DNA from: Euglena gracilis
Taxonomy: Eukaryota
DNA length: 64,000 nucleotides
Assembly: GCA_039621445.1 (NCBI GenBank)
Contig: CP154954.1
Coordinates: 42,153,572 to 42,217,571, forward strand
Reading direction: 5' to 3'
The notes under the pieces were generated by a model. The model had not been told where the DNA came from. It saw nothing but the letters and a program-made list of their open reading frames with translations, and made no database searches. The position numbers and the translations under genes were made by a program. Shown one piece after another: positions 1 to 13,700 of this stretch. Positions within the stretch are counted from its first letter, which is position 1. Each line of letters begins with the position of its first letter.

Positions 1-870
1 GGTTTGAGGCCCAGGGACACCAAGGACGCTGCTGTAGGGGGGGCAGTGGGGTGGCCGGGAGCTGCGCAGGTGGGGGGCAGGCATTTGCTTAAGCACCCCG
101 GGGGGGGGGGGTACTGGCTAGCCAATCGGCTGGACACTGGAAAAAGTGGACTAGCTAGACCCCCCTCCCCCCCCCGGGGGGGGGCTGGGGGGTCTGGGGG
201 GTCTGGGGGGTCCCCTGACTGGAAAAATGAGGCTTTTAACAGGTTTTTGGCTGATTTTGTTCCAAAAATTCCCAAAAATGGCCAAAACCGGGGATTTTTG
301 GCCATTTTTGGGGGTCTCAAAAATAAATTTTGGCGCTTCGCGCCGGTCACTGGAAAAATTTTTTCCACTAGCTAGCCCTGCTAGCAGACCCCCCCCCCCC
401 CGGGGGGGTCTGCTAGAAAACCCACTAGCCAAATTTGGACTAGCTGCAGTCCAGCCCCGCCGGGGAGGGGACGTACTGCAATCCCTTAAGCAAATGCCTG
501 GTGGGGGGTGGGGGGGGGGCGGGGGCAGGGTGGCCAGAGCTGCGGAGGTTGAGGCCCAGGGTGGCCAGAGCTGAGGGGGTGGGCCCAGGGTGGCCAGGGG
601 CTTCGGGGGTTGAGCCAGAGCTGCGGGGGCCGGTGGTTCAGGCGGTGGGGCTCAGGTGGCTGTGCGTAGCACCCCCGTTCCGCGCCGGGAACCCTCGCTC
701 GGCCAGGGCGAACCGAGGCCAAGCGAGGTCATCCGGACACGGCCCGGGGGACGTTGCAGGGATGTGGAGTGGGGTGGCGACGTGGTGTCGTTGCAGGCAG
801 CCTCCTTTGCCACCACCAAAAACCAGGATTGCCAGGAGCAGTGCGGTCAGGGTGGAGTTGAGTTGATGAT
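1..870 (-). CDS. Probable Pro/Ala-rich exon(s), reading frame unresolved; interrupted by the 78-500 element
   Basis: GC-rich, low-homopolymer sequence. The unit ctgggcctcaa occurs on both sides of the insertion. One frame reads PPPAQLPATPTAPPTAASLVSLGLK. No single continuous frame could be established. Confidence 0.35.
78..500. mobile_element. hAT-like MITE / candidate young non-conventional intron (intron 73-503 on minus)
   Basis: Perfect 16-bp TIR CAGGCATTTGCTTAAG (78-93) / CTTAAGCAAATGCCTG (485-500), flanked by an exact 8-bp direct repeat GTGGGGGG (70-77, 501-508). Confidence 0.85.
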
Positions 871-1549
871 CTGCTCAAAACAAAAGAAATTTTTGGTGTT
901 GGAGATATCCTCCTTACCCATTTTTCTCTCTCTCATTCACTTGCGGAATTTACTCAATTTCCCCAAAATCCTTTAAGCAGTTGTATTTTGTGTTCATTTG
1001 CACACCTAACCCGCTGGGAAATTGTCTCCAGACAAATGACAACTCCCTAAAAAGACAGGACAGCGGAAACAGACAATTGCTTGCCGACCCACGGGGTGTC
1101 AAAACGGTCCAAAATAGGCCTTGATGGGGGTTCAAGGAGGTCTCCAAAGCCACAGCATCCTTGGGTTTCCAGTTTGCCGTGGTCTAATGGTAAGGAAAAC
1201 ATGTTGGTTGCAAGAACTGACCACATCTAGATGGGTGCATTCAACCATTTCGGTGGACATGGACCAGGTCCAGACAATTCTTTACTGATCCCCCGGGGGG
1301 GAGGGGGGGTCACTCCAACTTTTTTTTTAAACCCAGTCAGTCATTTTCAAAAAACCAGCTAATCACTACCCCCCACCCGGGGGGGGGGGGTTCGGCCACT
1401 CAGAAAGCCAAAAAAAATTTAGGCCAAAAAAATTTTCCGGCTCCTTCGGCGCCGGGGTCACTCAAGCCACTTTTGCCCACTCCTGGGGGGGGGGGGAGGG
1501 GGGTCCGGGCCAAAAACCAGTCACTCTGAAAAAACCAGTCACCCCACAG

Positions 1550-1672
1550 CTGGGAGGCTGCGGGCGACCTCAGGAGGCTGCATCTGTTGGAGGAGGGTGA
1601 CGTTGGGCGAGGGCGTCGGGGTCGTCGCTGTTGGATCGGCGGCAGCGTTGGTGTGGCGGTGCTGTGGGCTGA
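1550..1672 (-). CDS. Probable exon (PQHRHTNAAADPTATTPTPSPNVTLLQQMQPPEVARS)
   Basis: GC-rich coding-like island between repeat blocks; junctions not resolved. Confidence 0.35.
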
Positions 1673-2897
1673 CTCACAGGCAAGCCAGTTTCCAGTGCAA
1701 GCACACAATTGCCCCCCCCCCCCCCGGGAAACTGTCTCCAGACAAATCAGCGAGCACAGAGGAGGTACCCATGAGGACAGGTCAGCAGGTGGAGAGAAGA
1801 CAGTTTCGGGTCTGGTTCAGAGGAAAAAAGTTTACGGGTGACAAAAAAATACGGGAAGCAATTTTTTCACAAGCCTTGCCACCAGAGCCTGAGGAAAAAA
1901 AGATCGGAATTCTTTGACTCTGGAAATTGCCTCTCTTAAGACAAAAAATTCAATAATTTTGAAAAAAAAATTGAGGAGACAGGTCACTGGATACAAAAGC
2001 AGGAGGCAGGCCCCCTTATGTATGGGTGTAGAGGACGGTTTCTGGGGATGACAGTTTCCTGGAAGGGGGGTAGGCAGCGCCCGAACCCCCTTTGTCCATC
2101 GATTGGGTTCCTACAACCCCCAACCAGGGGGGTGGTCATGCGCGCACCCCCAACCTGCAACCCTCAACCAGGGGGGTGGTCGGTTTACAGGGGTGGTTGG
2201 TGGACGGAGGGGGGGGGGGCGGGCAGGAGGAGGCCAGAATGTCAAATGAGAGGATGGCCAGGTCTGCGGGATAAAAAAACAACAAAAAATAAATTGAAAA
2301 AATGTAATTAAAAATGGAAATTTTTTTTAAAAAAAGTCATGTTCTTGAATGGTTTTTTGAGATAGATGGACAAAAGCACAAGGAGAAGAAAAATTTTGGT
2401 TCTGGCAAAGGACCCCCTTCATCCCAAAGGGGAATCCAAATGAGGGGGGAGGGGTGACCTCTGACGAGGTCACCCCTTTTTTCAGCGGGAAATAGCCTGG
2501 TGGGCGCAGGGACTTTCTTATGAGGGGCTTCAAAAAGTCCATAGAAATCGCTTTTTCAGGCCATTTCTTCAACAAATTGCCAAAAAACCACATGATGAAA
2601 ACAGAAGCTTTCCGGTGCAAAATGCTGGGGAAGAATAAGTTTTGGCTTCAGGGGGCGGTCCAGGACCCCCCTCCAAAACCAGCGTCCATTTCATTCCCAA
2701 CCCATCCGCAAAATCAATGCTCACTTGGAACCCTGGAGGAGATGTGCCAGAGACAAAACAAAAAAAAACTTTGCATACAATCCCTTCACTCTTGTGAGGG
2801 TTCCAACCCCTGCAACCTCCCTCTCCCAAAACTGCATAGCCTAAGCAGAACAAAAAAAAACAGGCCTCGGTGGAACCGGGGACGGGGGGGGGCGTGG

Positions 2898-3290
2898 GTG
2901 GTGGCAGTCGGAGGCGCGTTGACAAACGGATGGTGGGTGGTGGCAGTCGAAGGTGTGCAAGGCGGTGGCAGTCGAAGGCGTGCAAGGCGTCGACAAAAGG
3001 ATGGTGGGTGGTGGCAGTCAAAGGTGTGCAAGGCGGTGGCAGTCGAAGGCGTGCAAGGCGTCGGCAAAAGGATGGTGGGTGGTGGCAGTCGAAGGTGTGC
3101 AAGGCGGTGGCAGGCGAAGGCGTGCAAGGCGTCGACATACGGATGGTGGGTGGTGGCAGTCGGAGGCGTGCAAGACGGTGGCAGTCGAAGGCATGCAAGA
3201 CGGTGGCAGTCGAAGGCGTGCAAGGCGGTGGCAGTCGAAGACGTGCAAGGCGTCGACATATGGATGGTGGGTGGTGGCAGCCGGAGGCGT
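2898..3290. repeat. Compound minisatellite (~25-bp GGTGGCAGTCGAAGGCGTGCAAGGC with interspersed GTCGACA(A/T)A(A/C)GGATGGTGGGT)
   Basis: More than 10 visible copies; unit length is not a multiple of 3. Confidence 0.9.
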
Positions 3291-4733
3291 TGTTGGAACA
3301 AAGGCGTTGATCATCATCCAGCTGGCGCCAATCAGACTGGCCAGCAGGTGCGCAGGTGCGCGAGGGGCCAGCACCACTTGGTGCCCATGGCCCTGGTGGG
3401 GGTGGTTCGGGTGGGTGAGGGCTGGGGGTCTCCCCAATGGGGCTGGTTGGCTGTGATGTGATGCACCCCAACTCATGTCGGTTGCACCCCCCCCCCCGGT
3501 CCAGAGGGGAGGGGGTCGGACCCCCCGCTGAACAGTGCCGGGGTCCGGGCTTTTTTCAGACCCCCCAGGGGGGCCCACCAGCCCGGTGGGGGGGGGTCCC
3601 CCCAAAAAATCGGGCTGTGTGAGACAATTGCCCAAGGATTTTCGGCGCCTCGCGCCAAAACCCATGCCCGGGTCTCTGCTGACTTGTAAAACGGTCCAGG
3701 CCAGTTTTGGGTGCGGCACAAAGCACCGGGCCGAATACTTTTGCCCCCGCCCACCAAAACGGCCAAAATGCCATTTTGCGCACCCAAGGGGGGAGGTTTG
3801 GCCCCAAAAATGCCAAAATTTTGGCACAAAGCGTTGGAAGGAAAAACTTGACTATTATGGGGGGGGTCCCGGGGATTTTTTTGCCAGGCAGTGAAGAGCC
3901 CTCAAAGGGTCAGATTTGCTCCTTTGCTGGGATGGGTCTTGATCCCTCCCCCTTGGGGCGAGGGGTGCCATTGCATCACAGTCAGCCTGAGGCACGGCCA
4001 GGCCAGAATGGGAAACATGAGGATTGGGGAGGTTGGCACCTCCCACCCATCCCTTGCCCACCAACGAGCTTGGAGGGGTTCCTCTTTTTGGGGGGTCAAT
4101 CTTGCTCAAAAAAATTTTCCCAGAAAAATTGGCACTTTGGGTCAACCTTCCAGTGGTGCTGATTTGCCCCCCCCCCCCCCCCCGGTCCATCCGGACCCCC
4201 CAGCCACCCGCCACCAACCTTTGGGGAAAAAACTGCTGTGAGAGACCACTCCATTGGGATTGATTTTTGGAGTCAAAAAATTTTCGTGCCAAAAATGGAG
4301 GGGGAAAATGGGGTACTCGCTCCGTTTGACCCTTGCAAACCACGAAAAGAATCCATGAAGCCCTCCCAACCAAAGCGTTCAGGCCATTTCCATTTTGGCC
4401 TGAGCACAGGGGGGGGGGGAGGTGGCTGGGCAATCCATCATCGAGGGATGAGTTTGCTTCGGTTGCGGATGCAGCGAGGAAAAAAAGCCAGACCCTCCCC
4501 AGATTCCTAGAACCTTTGTTTGTTGGGAAATCTCAAACCCAATGTCGCCACTGGGTGTTCAAGGTGCCATTTTATTTGTTTGCATCTTTTGTGCGATTTT
4601 TCATGGGTCTGACAGCTGTTCTCCCAAAGAAACGCTGACCAATTCTCTTCTTTTTTTTTGTACTAAACTCGGTGAAAAAAATCCAGATTTGAGAGATCAA
4701 AAAAGCACAAACCAAAAAATCCAGACAAAAAAC

Positions 4734-7700
4734 TCAACCCTCCAAGGAATGCCCAGCCAGGGTTTCAACCCTCCCTCTGGGGGTTTGCCATCTCCCCCCA
4801 TTCTGCTTCCCTCCAGGGAATTCCTTGAGCGTCCCCCCCCCCTGGAGGGGGTCAGCTGAAGGAATTCCCTGCCCCAGGCCCATGGGCACCGGGTGCCAGC
4901 CCTGGGCGTGGGCTTGGGCTTGCGTCAAGGATTGTAAAGAAACCACATTTCGACCCAATTATGCTTCATACATACACACCCATGCACACATCTTTGTGCA
5001 AACATGTGATCCGGATAAAACGGCAGGAAACAAAAATGGCGCTATAACTTTGAGGGAAAAATTCCAAGTTTGGAAAATTTTGATGATGGAAATATTCGAC
5101 GTTCTACGGATGGGATGGCAAGGGGCCGATTACAAGTTAAAAGCAGCCCCCCCCCCCCCGCCCCAACTCTTCTCAACATCCCCCCCTCAAATCGACAACC
5201 CTGGGCCATCCCTTTCCAACCATTGACCATTCAAAATGGGATTGCTGCATTTGAAATGAAACCCCGTCCTGGCCAAACAAAGATGGGTCACAGTGTCATG
5301 TGGTGCAAACATGCACAAACAATGCACACACAGACGCCATTAACCCCCCCCCCAAATAATGCCCCCGGGGTATTATTTTTTCACTCAAAATCCCAGCCTG
5401 GGGGGGTATAATTGGGGGGGGGGTGAAAAGCACCCAAATTTTTTTTGAAATTTTTCGAAGTCCCGTGGGACCCAAAGTAGCACCTGAAACCCCCAGGGTT
5501 TGATATAAGGACAGGTGGGGGGGGTGGTCCGGACCCCCCCTGCGGGCCAGGAGGGGGGGGGGTGGGGGGGACATCCCCCGCCCACCTAAACAGTGGCGCG
5601 GTCAGGGTGACCGAAAATTTTTGACCCCCAAAACGACCAAAAGTGCCATTTTGGGCACTTTTTGGGCAAAAAGATGCCAAAAATGCAAAAAATTTCGGCG
5701 CAAAGCACGGAGGAAAAAATTGACCCTTTTGGGGGGGTCCCGTATACCCCCCGAGGGTCTGTCCGGACCCCCCTGGCAGGTGGGGGGGGGTGGTCCGGAC
5801 GCCCCCTGCGGGCCGGGGGGGGGGACCCCACCTAAACCATGTACGCCCTCCTTATATCAAACCCTGAACCCCCCTTTGGGGTCATTTTTTTTTGTACTTT
5901 CTCATGAAATTTAGCATTTTTGGAGGCCAGATGATCCAGAAAAATCGATTTTTTTTGTAATTGGTTCTCAGAGATTGTAATTTCTGCCAACGTTTTCAGG
6001 TCAAAATCCGGGCTGCCGGCCCGAAATTGGGGGGGGGGGTATAAACTCGGTCGCCGAAGTTGGACCACGAGGGGGGGGGGGTAGTATTTGGGGGGGGCAT
6101 CATTTGGGGGGGGGGTATTATTTGGGGGTTTACCATCCTTGGGCATGTCATGTTGGCGATGTTCTCTCTCGCGATCTTCTTCATGTCGTTCACTGCAGCT
6201 TGTTCTTCAGCTTCCTCCACGCCCGGCGTAGGGCATGTGGTCATGTGCAGGGCACAGCACTGGGCTGTGCTGCACAGGGGTGGGGCATTTGAGAAGGCTC
6301 CCCCCATCCCAAGAAAACATGCCTGTCTGATTTCAGAACATACCCCCCCCACCAAACAATCAATTAAACAACAGACTGAAAGTGCTTCAAAAAAGAACAC
6401 AAATTCTGAACAGAAATTTCATTTTTTTGAGCTTCTTCCCCCCCCCAAACCTCGTATTTGTTGCATCTCGTGACATTTTTGTTTGCATTGCAAAATCGTG
6501 GTTTGGAGATTTTTTTCAACAAACTGAAAAAAGGGACCAAAAGAAGCACAAAGCACCGGGGAAGGGATTTTTCTGGGTTTCTGGGTTTCCCCAGACCCCT
6601 GTTCAAAACCAACACTCACTTCTTGCCATGGGGGTCCTGGTTTGCCAGGGCACAGGTGTCTGGGCAACAGGGCAACCCATAAATCTGCCCACCAATTTTC
6701 CTTGAAAAAAAACCACAATTGACCAATGTGGCTTAACAGAATGAGATTCTCCTCAGAAAACAACAAAATAAACAAAAAGGACGAAACAAACGTGCGCAAC
6801 GATAAGTTTCATGTCACTCCAGGATTGCTGGATGCCCACTCATGCTGGCTTTTTAGAACCTGGGGCTGTCCAGACCAACCCACCCTCCCCTGGGGCATGG
6901 GGGGGGGTCCGGGGGGACCGATTTGGGGGAAGTCAATTTTGGGGTCAAAAGAAAAAAATCGCACCGAAAATAGAAGGAAACCCCGCCTCTGGCGGGACAC
7001 CCACTCAGCTGCTGGGGAGGAGGTTCAACCGCCCCCCCCCCCCAACCACAAAACTCTGAACTCATGAACCTCGGGCACTGAACCCTGGCTTGCCCACGGC
7101 TTGCACTGCAGCATTGGCTGGCGGCGCAGCGGGCTCCACCAGCGGCGGCGCTCCAGGCTGCGCCGGCGGTGCGGCAGGCGGTGCGGCGGCAAGCCATTGC
7201 CCTTGATGGGACGGATGGGGTGGCCTGGGTGTCCCATCCCCCCAGCTTTTGTTAAACACAAAGATTGAATTCCTTCGAAACCACCCCTGCGCGGAAGGCG
7301 GGTCCACCGGAGGGTTCTGCCGGGAAGTGCAAGAAAGGGTGCCGAGGGGGGGGTTTGAGGGGGTTAAGCAATGGCCTGCACGGCAGGGGGGTTGCCGAAC
7401 CCGATGGCTTCGAAAAACCAGGCGACCATGCCAGGCGGTGGGGGCGGCTGCCGGTCCCGCCAAACCTGTAGGGGGCTGCGGGTGTTGATGAAGGGGGCGG
7501 GGACTTGGCGGCAGGCTTTTTCCCTTTGAAACTGACATGTGCCTTGTGCCTCGGGGGGGGGGGGGTCAGAGTGCGGCCACCTCCGCCTCCGGGGGTGGGG
7601 GGAGCACTGCACATGGCTTTTGGGCAGGCTTCTTGGTGCCAGGCAAAAAGTATCTGGGCACTCGACCAATGTACATTCAGCTCCAGGGCCGTTTTCAGGC

Positions 7701-10700
7701 AAATTTTAGCCAACGGCCAGGCAGCCACCAGCCCGCCCAGGCACACCTGGCGCAAAGGCAGCACTGCATAAAAAAAAACCTCGACGAAAGAAAATTCTGA
7801 CTGAAAGATCGGCGCCCCGGAAATACGACAAGGCTTGTGAGGTGCGGAATCCACCCTGCCCAGGATGGGGGTAAGGGTGGTCAGGGATCCCCTTCCCTTT
7901 CTCTTTGAGGATTCTTTTCAGCCTTGTCCTGCCCGGGGTGGTGTCGGAAACCATTAGAACACTTTGGGGAGGAGGGAGAGTCATGGCACACCCTGACCAG
8001 GGTTTTTTTTAAGGCCGGGGGGGGGACCACCCACCCACCCACCCCCCCCCCCCCGGAATTCCCTGAAAATGGCCAAAAATTGCGAAAAATGCCAAAATAG
8101 CACCCTTTTCAAAAATTTTCACTGCCGAAAGGTACAACTCACCAGCCCTTGGGGGGTTGTTCGGTGGGACACCCACCCTCCCCGCCCTCCCCGCCCACCC
8201 CCCCCCCAGGGGTCCACGACTAAAAAACACCTCTGACCCCCCTAAAGAAGGGACAAAAAAGAAAAAAATGAGAAAGGAAGCCTGGGTGCAGGACCAGGGC
8301 ATGTAGGCCCAGGTCCCCCAGGCCGCCCGCGGCGATGGCGACCAGGTGGGCCAGCCGCACGCCGTAGTAGGCGGCGTTGTGCCGCCACGCCCAGTCTCAC
8401 TGGCGGGGGGCGGGGGGGGCAGGGAGGGGGCCACACTCCAGCTTCTTTCTACCAACCCCCAGGGCGGTGCCTTGTGCTATGGAGTGCCTGCCCACAACAG
8501 GCACCCGGGGGGGGGGGTTCGGCCCCTGGTGCTTTCCGACCCAGCCTTTTTTGCAAATGGCCATTTTCAGGCCCCCCAGCACCGGTTATGCTGTAGCACC
8601 ACCCCCAGGTGGGGATAAAAATGCCCTCCACCCCACCCCCCAAAACACCTGGAGGGGGAGAGGGGCAGAGTGCGGTGTCACTTTCCTCAATGAGAAGCCT
8701 GGTTACGCTTTCAAATGCAAAGCAAATCAAAACCCATTTCCAGCTGGGGGGGTATTGAGGCAGGGCGTGGCCCACCGTAGCCGTTGCCTTCGACGAGGGG
8801 GCGGAGGCGGGCAGCGGTAGCGTGGACGAGGGCGGCGGCGGCTAGCGGCGGGGGCCCCTTTGCCAAGAGGGGGGGAGGGCGATGCCTTTTCGTTTCAACA
8901 GATGCTGAGAGTCTCGGAAATTGTGAGGAAATGAAATGACCTGAGAGTTGGAAAGCCCCCCCCTTCCGTTTCCACTCTCACCTGAGAATTGAACGTTCCT
9001 TTGAAAATTGACGATCACTCAATTGGCAGGTAGGTGACCGCCCCCCCCCCCAAAGCATACATCAAAACCAAATGAAAATTATTCTGGCTGCCTCTGTAAC
9101 ATATCCAATATCCCATATGTCCCATATATGACAAAATCGATGGACAGACAGCGTAAACTTAAATGGACAGGTGCAAAACATATCTGAATCATGTCCAAAA
9201 GGGGAGTGGGCCAAGAGGGAATGGGTCAGGTGAGTGGCTTTTGGGGGGATCCCAGCCCCCCCCCCGGGTCGGTTCGGACACTCCGGTCCATGGGGGGGAC
9301 GATCCCCCCCCTCTCGCTGAACAATTCGTGAAATCAAACCCTGGTTGAGAGACAATTTGACCAACTACACCCAGGGCAAAAGGCACCCCGACCGCGCTGC
9401 ATGGGTAGCGGCGGGGCACCCACAGCAGCCGTGGGCGGACGTGGTCCACCCACAGCCAGCCGTAGATGCCGGCCACCGCTGCCCATGCCAACGCGTTGGC
9501 CAGGCAGCTGCCGATTGGCGAGATCTGCGGCAGGGGCAGCGCAGATCCTCGGTGGAGCGTGGATCCTTGGTCCTCAGGGGGGTCCCCCCACCCACCCACC
9601 CGCCCCTGGGGGGGGGGGGGTCCCGCGGGACCCCGTCAATTTTCCCCGAAAATGGCCAAAATCGCGAAAAATGCTAAAAATAGCACTTTCTCAAAAAATT
9701 TAGGCGCCGTTGTCGCTGAAAAGTAAATACCACCCCCTCAGGGAGGGGGGGGGGGCGGGCGCACCAACCCTAACCCCCCCCCCAAGACCCCAAGATGCTT
9801 CCCCCACCCACCCAAGACTAAACGGGGCCAAACATGGGTCCGTTAGGGATCGGAACCAATCTGTCAGGGAGGACAAACACCGCAGAGAAGATTTGCCGCT
9901 TTGCCCCGAGAAATGTGTTTGGGGTCGCCACATGTTCACCAACCAGGGTCGGGGGGTTCTTTTGTGAGAAAATCCTCATCGCTCGCCCAGTTTGGGGGGG
10001 GGGGGTGCATTCCTGAAGGGAAACCTGCCTGGTCACCCCCCGACCCAACCATGCGCCGCCCTGCGTGTCCAGCCCGCGGCGCCGATGGCGGTGACGAGGG
10101 GGACGACCCACCACCAGCAGCCGCGGAACTGTGAGACAGGGGGGAAGGGGAATGCAAAGGCACTTTGGGATAATCCCCTGGCTGACAGTGAAAATGCCGG
10201 AAAGAAGCGAAAAACGCCTGGAAATCTGACCAAGAGTTTTTTTTACAAGGCGGGGGTGCCCTGCAGAGGGGGGGTGCCATGCATTCCACCCAAGGGGAAG
10301 GGGAGGTCCGGGGGGGGGGGGGGCATTTTGGAGGGCCAAAACAAACACATCCCAGGTCACAAAAAGTCAAACAATTTTCAGTCCTTCATGCTTAAAATGG
10401 AGGAAAAGTCTGCTCCCAACCTTTCCAAGGTCCAACGATAAAAATCACTCACTTTTTAAAATTTGAAAATCATCATCAAATAATCACCCCCCGTTTTCAT
10501 AAAAACACTCAAGCAGGCCACACACCGAACAGGTCGGCGGCCTGTAATGGCGGGCGGCGTTCTGGGCAGCTTCTCGTGCGGCTACGGCAGGTGCCCACTG
10601 TGAAGGGAAAGGGGATTGGAGCCATTTAAAATAAGAATCATTGGCAGGTGCATCTGGAGTTGAATGCTTCCACAAACCCCAAAGATAACCAAAGCTCAAG

Positions 10701-13700
10701 CGAGAATTATCAGGGGACGGCATCGGAATTGGAAGAAGAATTCTAAATTTTGCAGAAAAAAATTGCCAGATAAAAAAAAATTGAACTATTACACCTAGCG
10801 CCTAAAGTTTTTGCCATGCCTGGCAAAATATTGCCCCAGTGTGACAGAATTTTACTCAAGCCAGCACAAATTTTTGCCCTGTGCCCCAAACGTATTTGCA
10901 CTTGTTCAGAAAAAATTCGCACTCCGTCATATTATCGTTACTACCCGCCCCCCCCCCCAGGGTTCGATATAAGGAGAGGAGGGGGGGGGGGGGTCCGGAC
11001 CCTGCGGGCCAGGAGGGGGGTGGGGGGGACACCCCCCCCCACCTAAACAGTGGCGCGGTCAGGGTGACCGAAAATTTTTGACCCCCAAAACGACCAAAAG
11101 GGCCATTTTGGGCACTTTTTGGGCAAAAATTGGTCAAAAATGCAAAAAAAATTCGGCGCAAAGCGCCGGAGGAAAAAATTGACCCTTTTGGGGGGGGTCA
11201 ATTTTTACCCCCCAGGGTCGGTCCGGACCCCCTTGCAGGTGGGGGGGGGTGGTTCAGACCCCCCCTGCGGGCCAGGAGGGGGGGGGTGGGGGGACACCCC
11301 CCACCTAAACCATGTACGCACTCCTTATATCGAACCCTGGCCCCCCCTTGTCGTACGACCGGGTTCCTGCAACTGATCGGGGGGAGGGGTCGTCACACCC
11401 CCATAACTTGCAACCTGTGACCAGGGGGTGGTCACAAATGAGGGGGGGTTGTAGGTAAGGTGGGGTCGCTGAGCTCTTATCCCTTTATGGGTAAGAGCGA
11501 AGCTTACCACCGTCGAAATCCCCCCCCTCCACCCCCCCCCCCTCCCCCCCCCCCCCCGGGTCGGGGCCACCTGGAGAACCGACGGATTATCACCATGATC
11601 CCGGCCCGGTTCCCGGAATTTTTTTTTTTCAGTCGCGAGCGACTGGATTCCTAGTTTCCGAATCACCTGGGTTTGACCCCCAACTCCCCGCCAGGCCCGA
11701 GTTATTCACGCGCGAAGGGGTCCAAACTCGGTAGGATTTACCCGCCCCCCCTGGATGAGCCCCCCCCCCCTTTGGAGGGCCAAAAAATGTCAATTTTCAA
11801 AATATCTCCAAAATGAAGCCAAATCAAAGGAAATGTCCGGAGACCTAATTTGAAGCCCTTGGAACGCCCCATCCACCGGTATTTTGATTTCCCCGCAACT
11901 CCCCGCCTAGCCCGAGATACGGCCGTTTTCGGCGCAGATGGCCGTTTTGTACACTTTTCCCTCTGTTCGACTTAGCCGTTTTCGGGGGGTGGGGGGTCAA
12001 AAAATCGATGTTTTCAAAATTTCTCGAAAATGATGCAAAATCAAAGGAAATGTCCGGAGACCTAAATTGAAGCCCTTGGAACGCTCTATCTACTGGGATT
12101 TTGGTTTCCCCGCAACTCCCCGCCCAGCCCGAGATACGGGCGTTTTTTTGGCCAATTTGGGCCATTTCAGGCCATTTTGTACACTTTTCCCTTGTTCGAC
12201 TTAGCGTTTTCGGGGGGTGGGGGGTCAAAAAATCGATGTTTTCAAAATTTCTCGAAAATGATGCAAAATCAAAGGAAATGTCCGGAGACCTAAATTGAAG
12301 CCCTTGGAACGCTCTATCTACTGGGATTTTGGTTTCCCCGCAACTCCCCGCCCAGCCCGAGATACGGCCGTTTTTTTTTTGGCCAATTTGGGCCATTTCA
12401 GGCCATTTTGTACACTTTTCCTTCTGTTCGACTTAGCCGTTTTCGGCCAAAAAGTCGAAAAAAATCGCAAAAATTTTTTTTGCCCAAAACGATGTTTTTT
12501 TGGCCTCCCGGACCCAGAAAAACTGTTTTTGAGCCCAAAAAGAACCTTTTTCGACCCGCCAGCCCCCCGTTTTTGGCCCCCCAACCATTTACTTTTGGTC
12601 AAAACCCGGTCAAAAAAAATCAAAAAAAAAAAAAACTGTTAAAAAAAAAAAAACGAGCGTTTTTCGACCCGCCAGCGCCCCGTTTTGGGCCGCCGACCCA
12701 TTGACTTTGGGTCAAAAAAAAAACCGGGTTGAAAAAGTCAAAAAAAATCGAAAAAATTTTTTTTGCCCGAAACGATGTTTTTTGGCCTCCCAAACCCGGA
12801 AAAACTGTTTTTGAGCCGAAAACGAGCGTTTTTCGACCCGCCAGCGCCCCGTTTTGGGCCGCCGACCCATTGACTTTGGGTCAAAACCGGGTCAAAAAAG
12901 TCGAAAAAAAATCGAAAAAAATTTTTTTTTGCCCGAAACGATGTTTTTAAAAAAAACTGTTTTTGAGCCGAAAACGAGCGTTTTTCGACCCGCCAGCGCC
13001 CCGTTTTGGGCCGCCGCCGACCCATTGACTTTGGGTCAAAACCGGGTCAAAAAAAGTCGAAAAAAATCGAAAAAATTTTTTTTTGCCCGAAACGAAACCC
13101 GGAAAAACTGTTTTCGGGCCGAAAACGAGCGTTTTTCGACCCGCCAGCGCCCCGTTTTGGGCCGCCGACCCATTGACTTTGGGTCAAAAACCGGGGTCGA
13201 AAAAGTCGAAAAAAAATCGAAAAATTTTTTTTGCCCGAAACGATGTTTTTTGGCCTCCCCAACGAAAAAAAATGTTTTTGAGCCGAAAAACGTTTTTGCG
13301 CGAGTAAAATCGAAAAGAAAAAAAAAACTATTTTAGAGAAGAAAACGAAAATTTTTCGACACGCCAGCGCCCCGTTTTGGGCCGCAGACCCATTGACTTT
13401 GGGTCAAACCCGGGTCAAAAAAGTCCAAAAAAAACAAAAATTTTTTTTTTGCCCAAAACAATGTTTTTTGACCTCCCGAAACAAAAAAAACTGTTTTTGA
13501 GCCGAAAACGAGCGTTTTTCGACCCGCCAGCGCCCCGTTTTGGGCAGCCGACCCATTGACTTTGGGTCAAAACGGGGCCGAAAAAGTCAAAAAAATCGAA
13601 AAAAATCGAAAATTTTTTTTTTGCCCGAAACGATGTTTTTTGGCCTCCCGGACCCGGAAAAACTGTTTTTGAGCCGAAAACGAGCGTTTTTCGACCCGCC

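Noticed and set aside
2520-3827. Several 150-310-aa overlapping ORFs
   Set aside because: Produced by a minisatellite with a non-triplet unit; only ~3290-3420 might be a real exon and its junctions could not be established.
6190-6242. Alternative C-terminus [17 protein letters not shown] for the minus gene
   Set aside because: The upstream 3/5-rule junction (7185-8287) sets the other frame, and a further well-paired intron follows; kept only as a less likely alternative.
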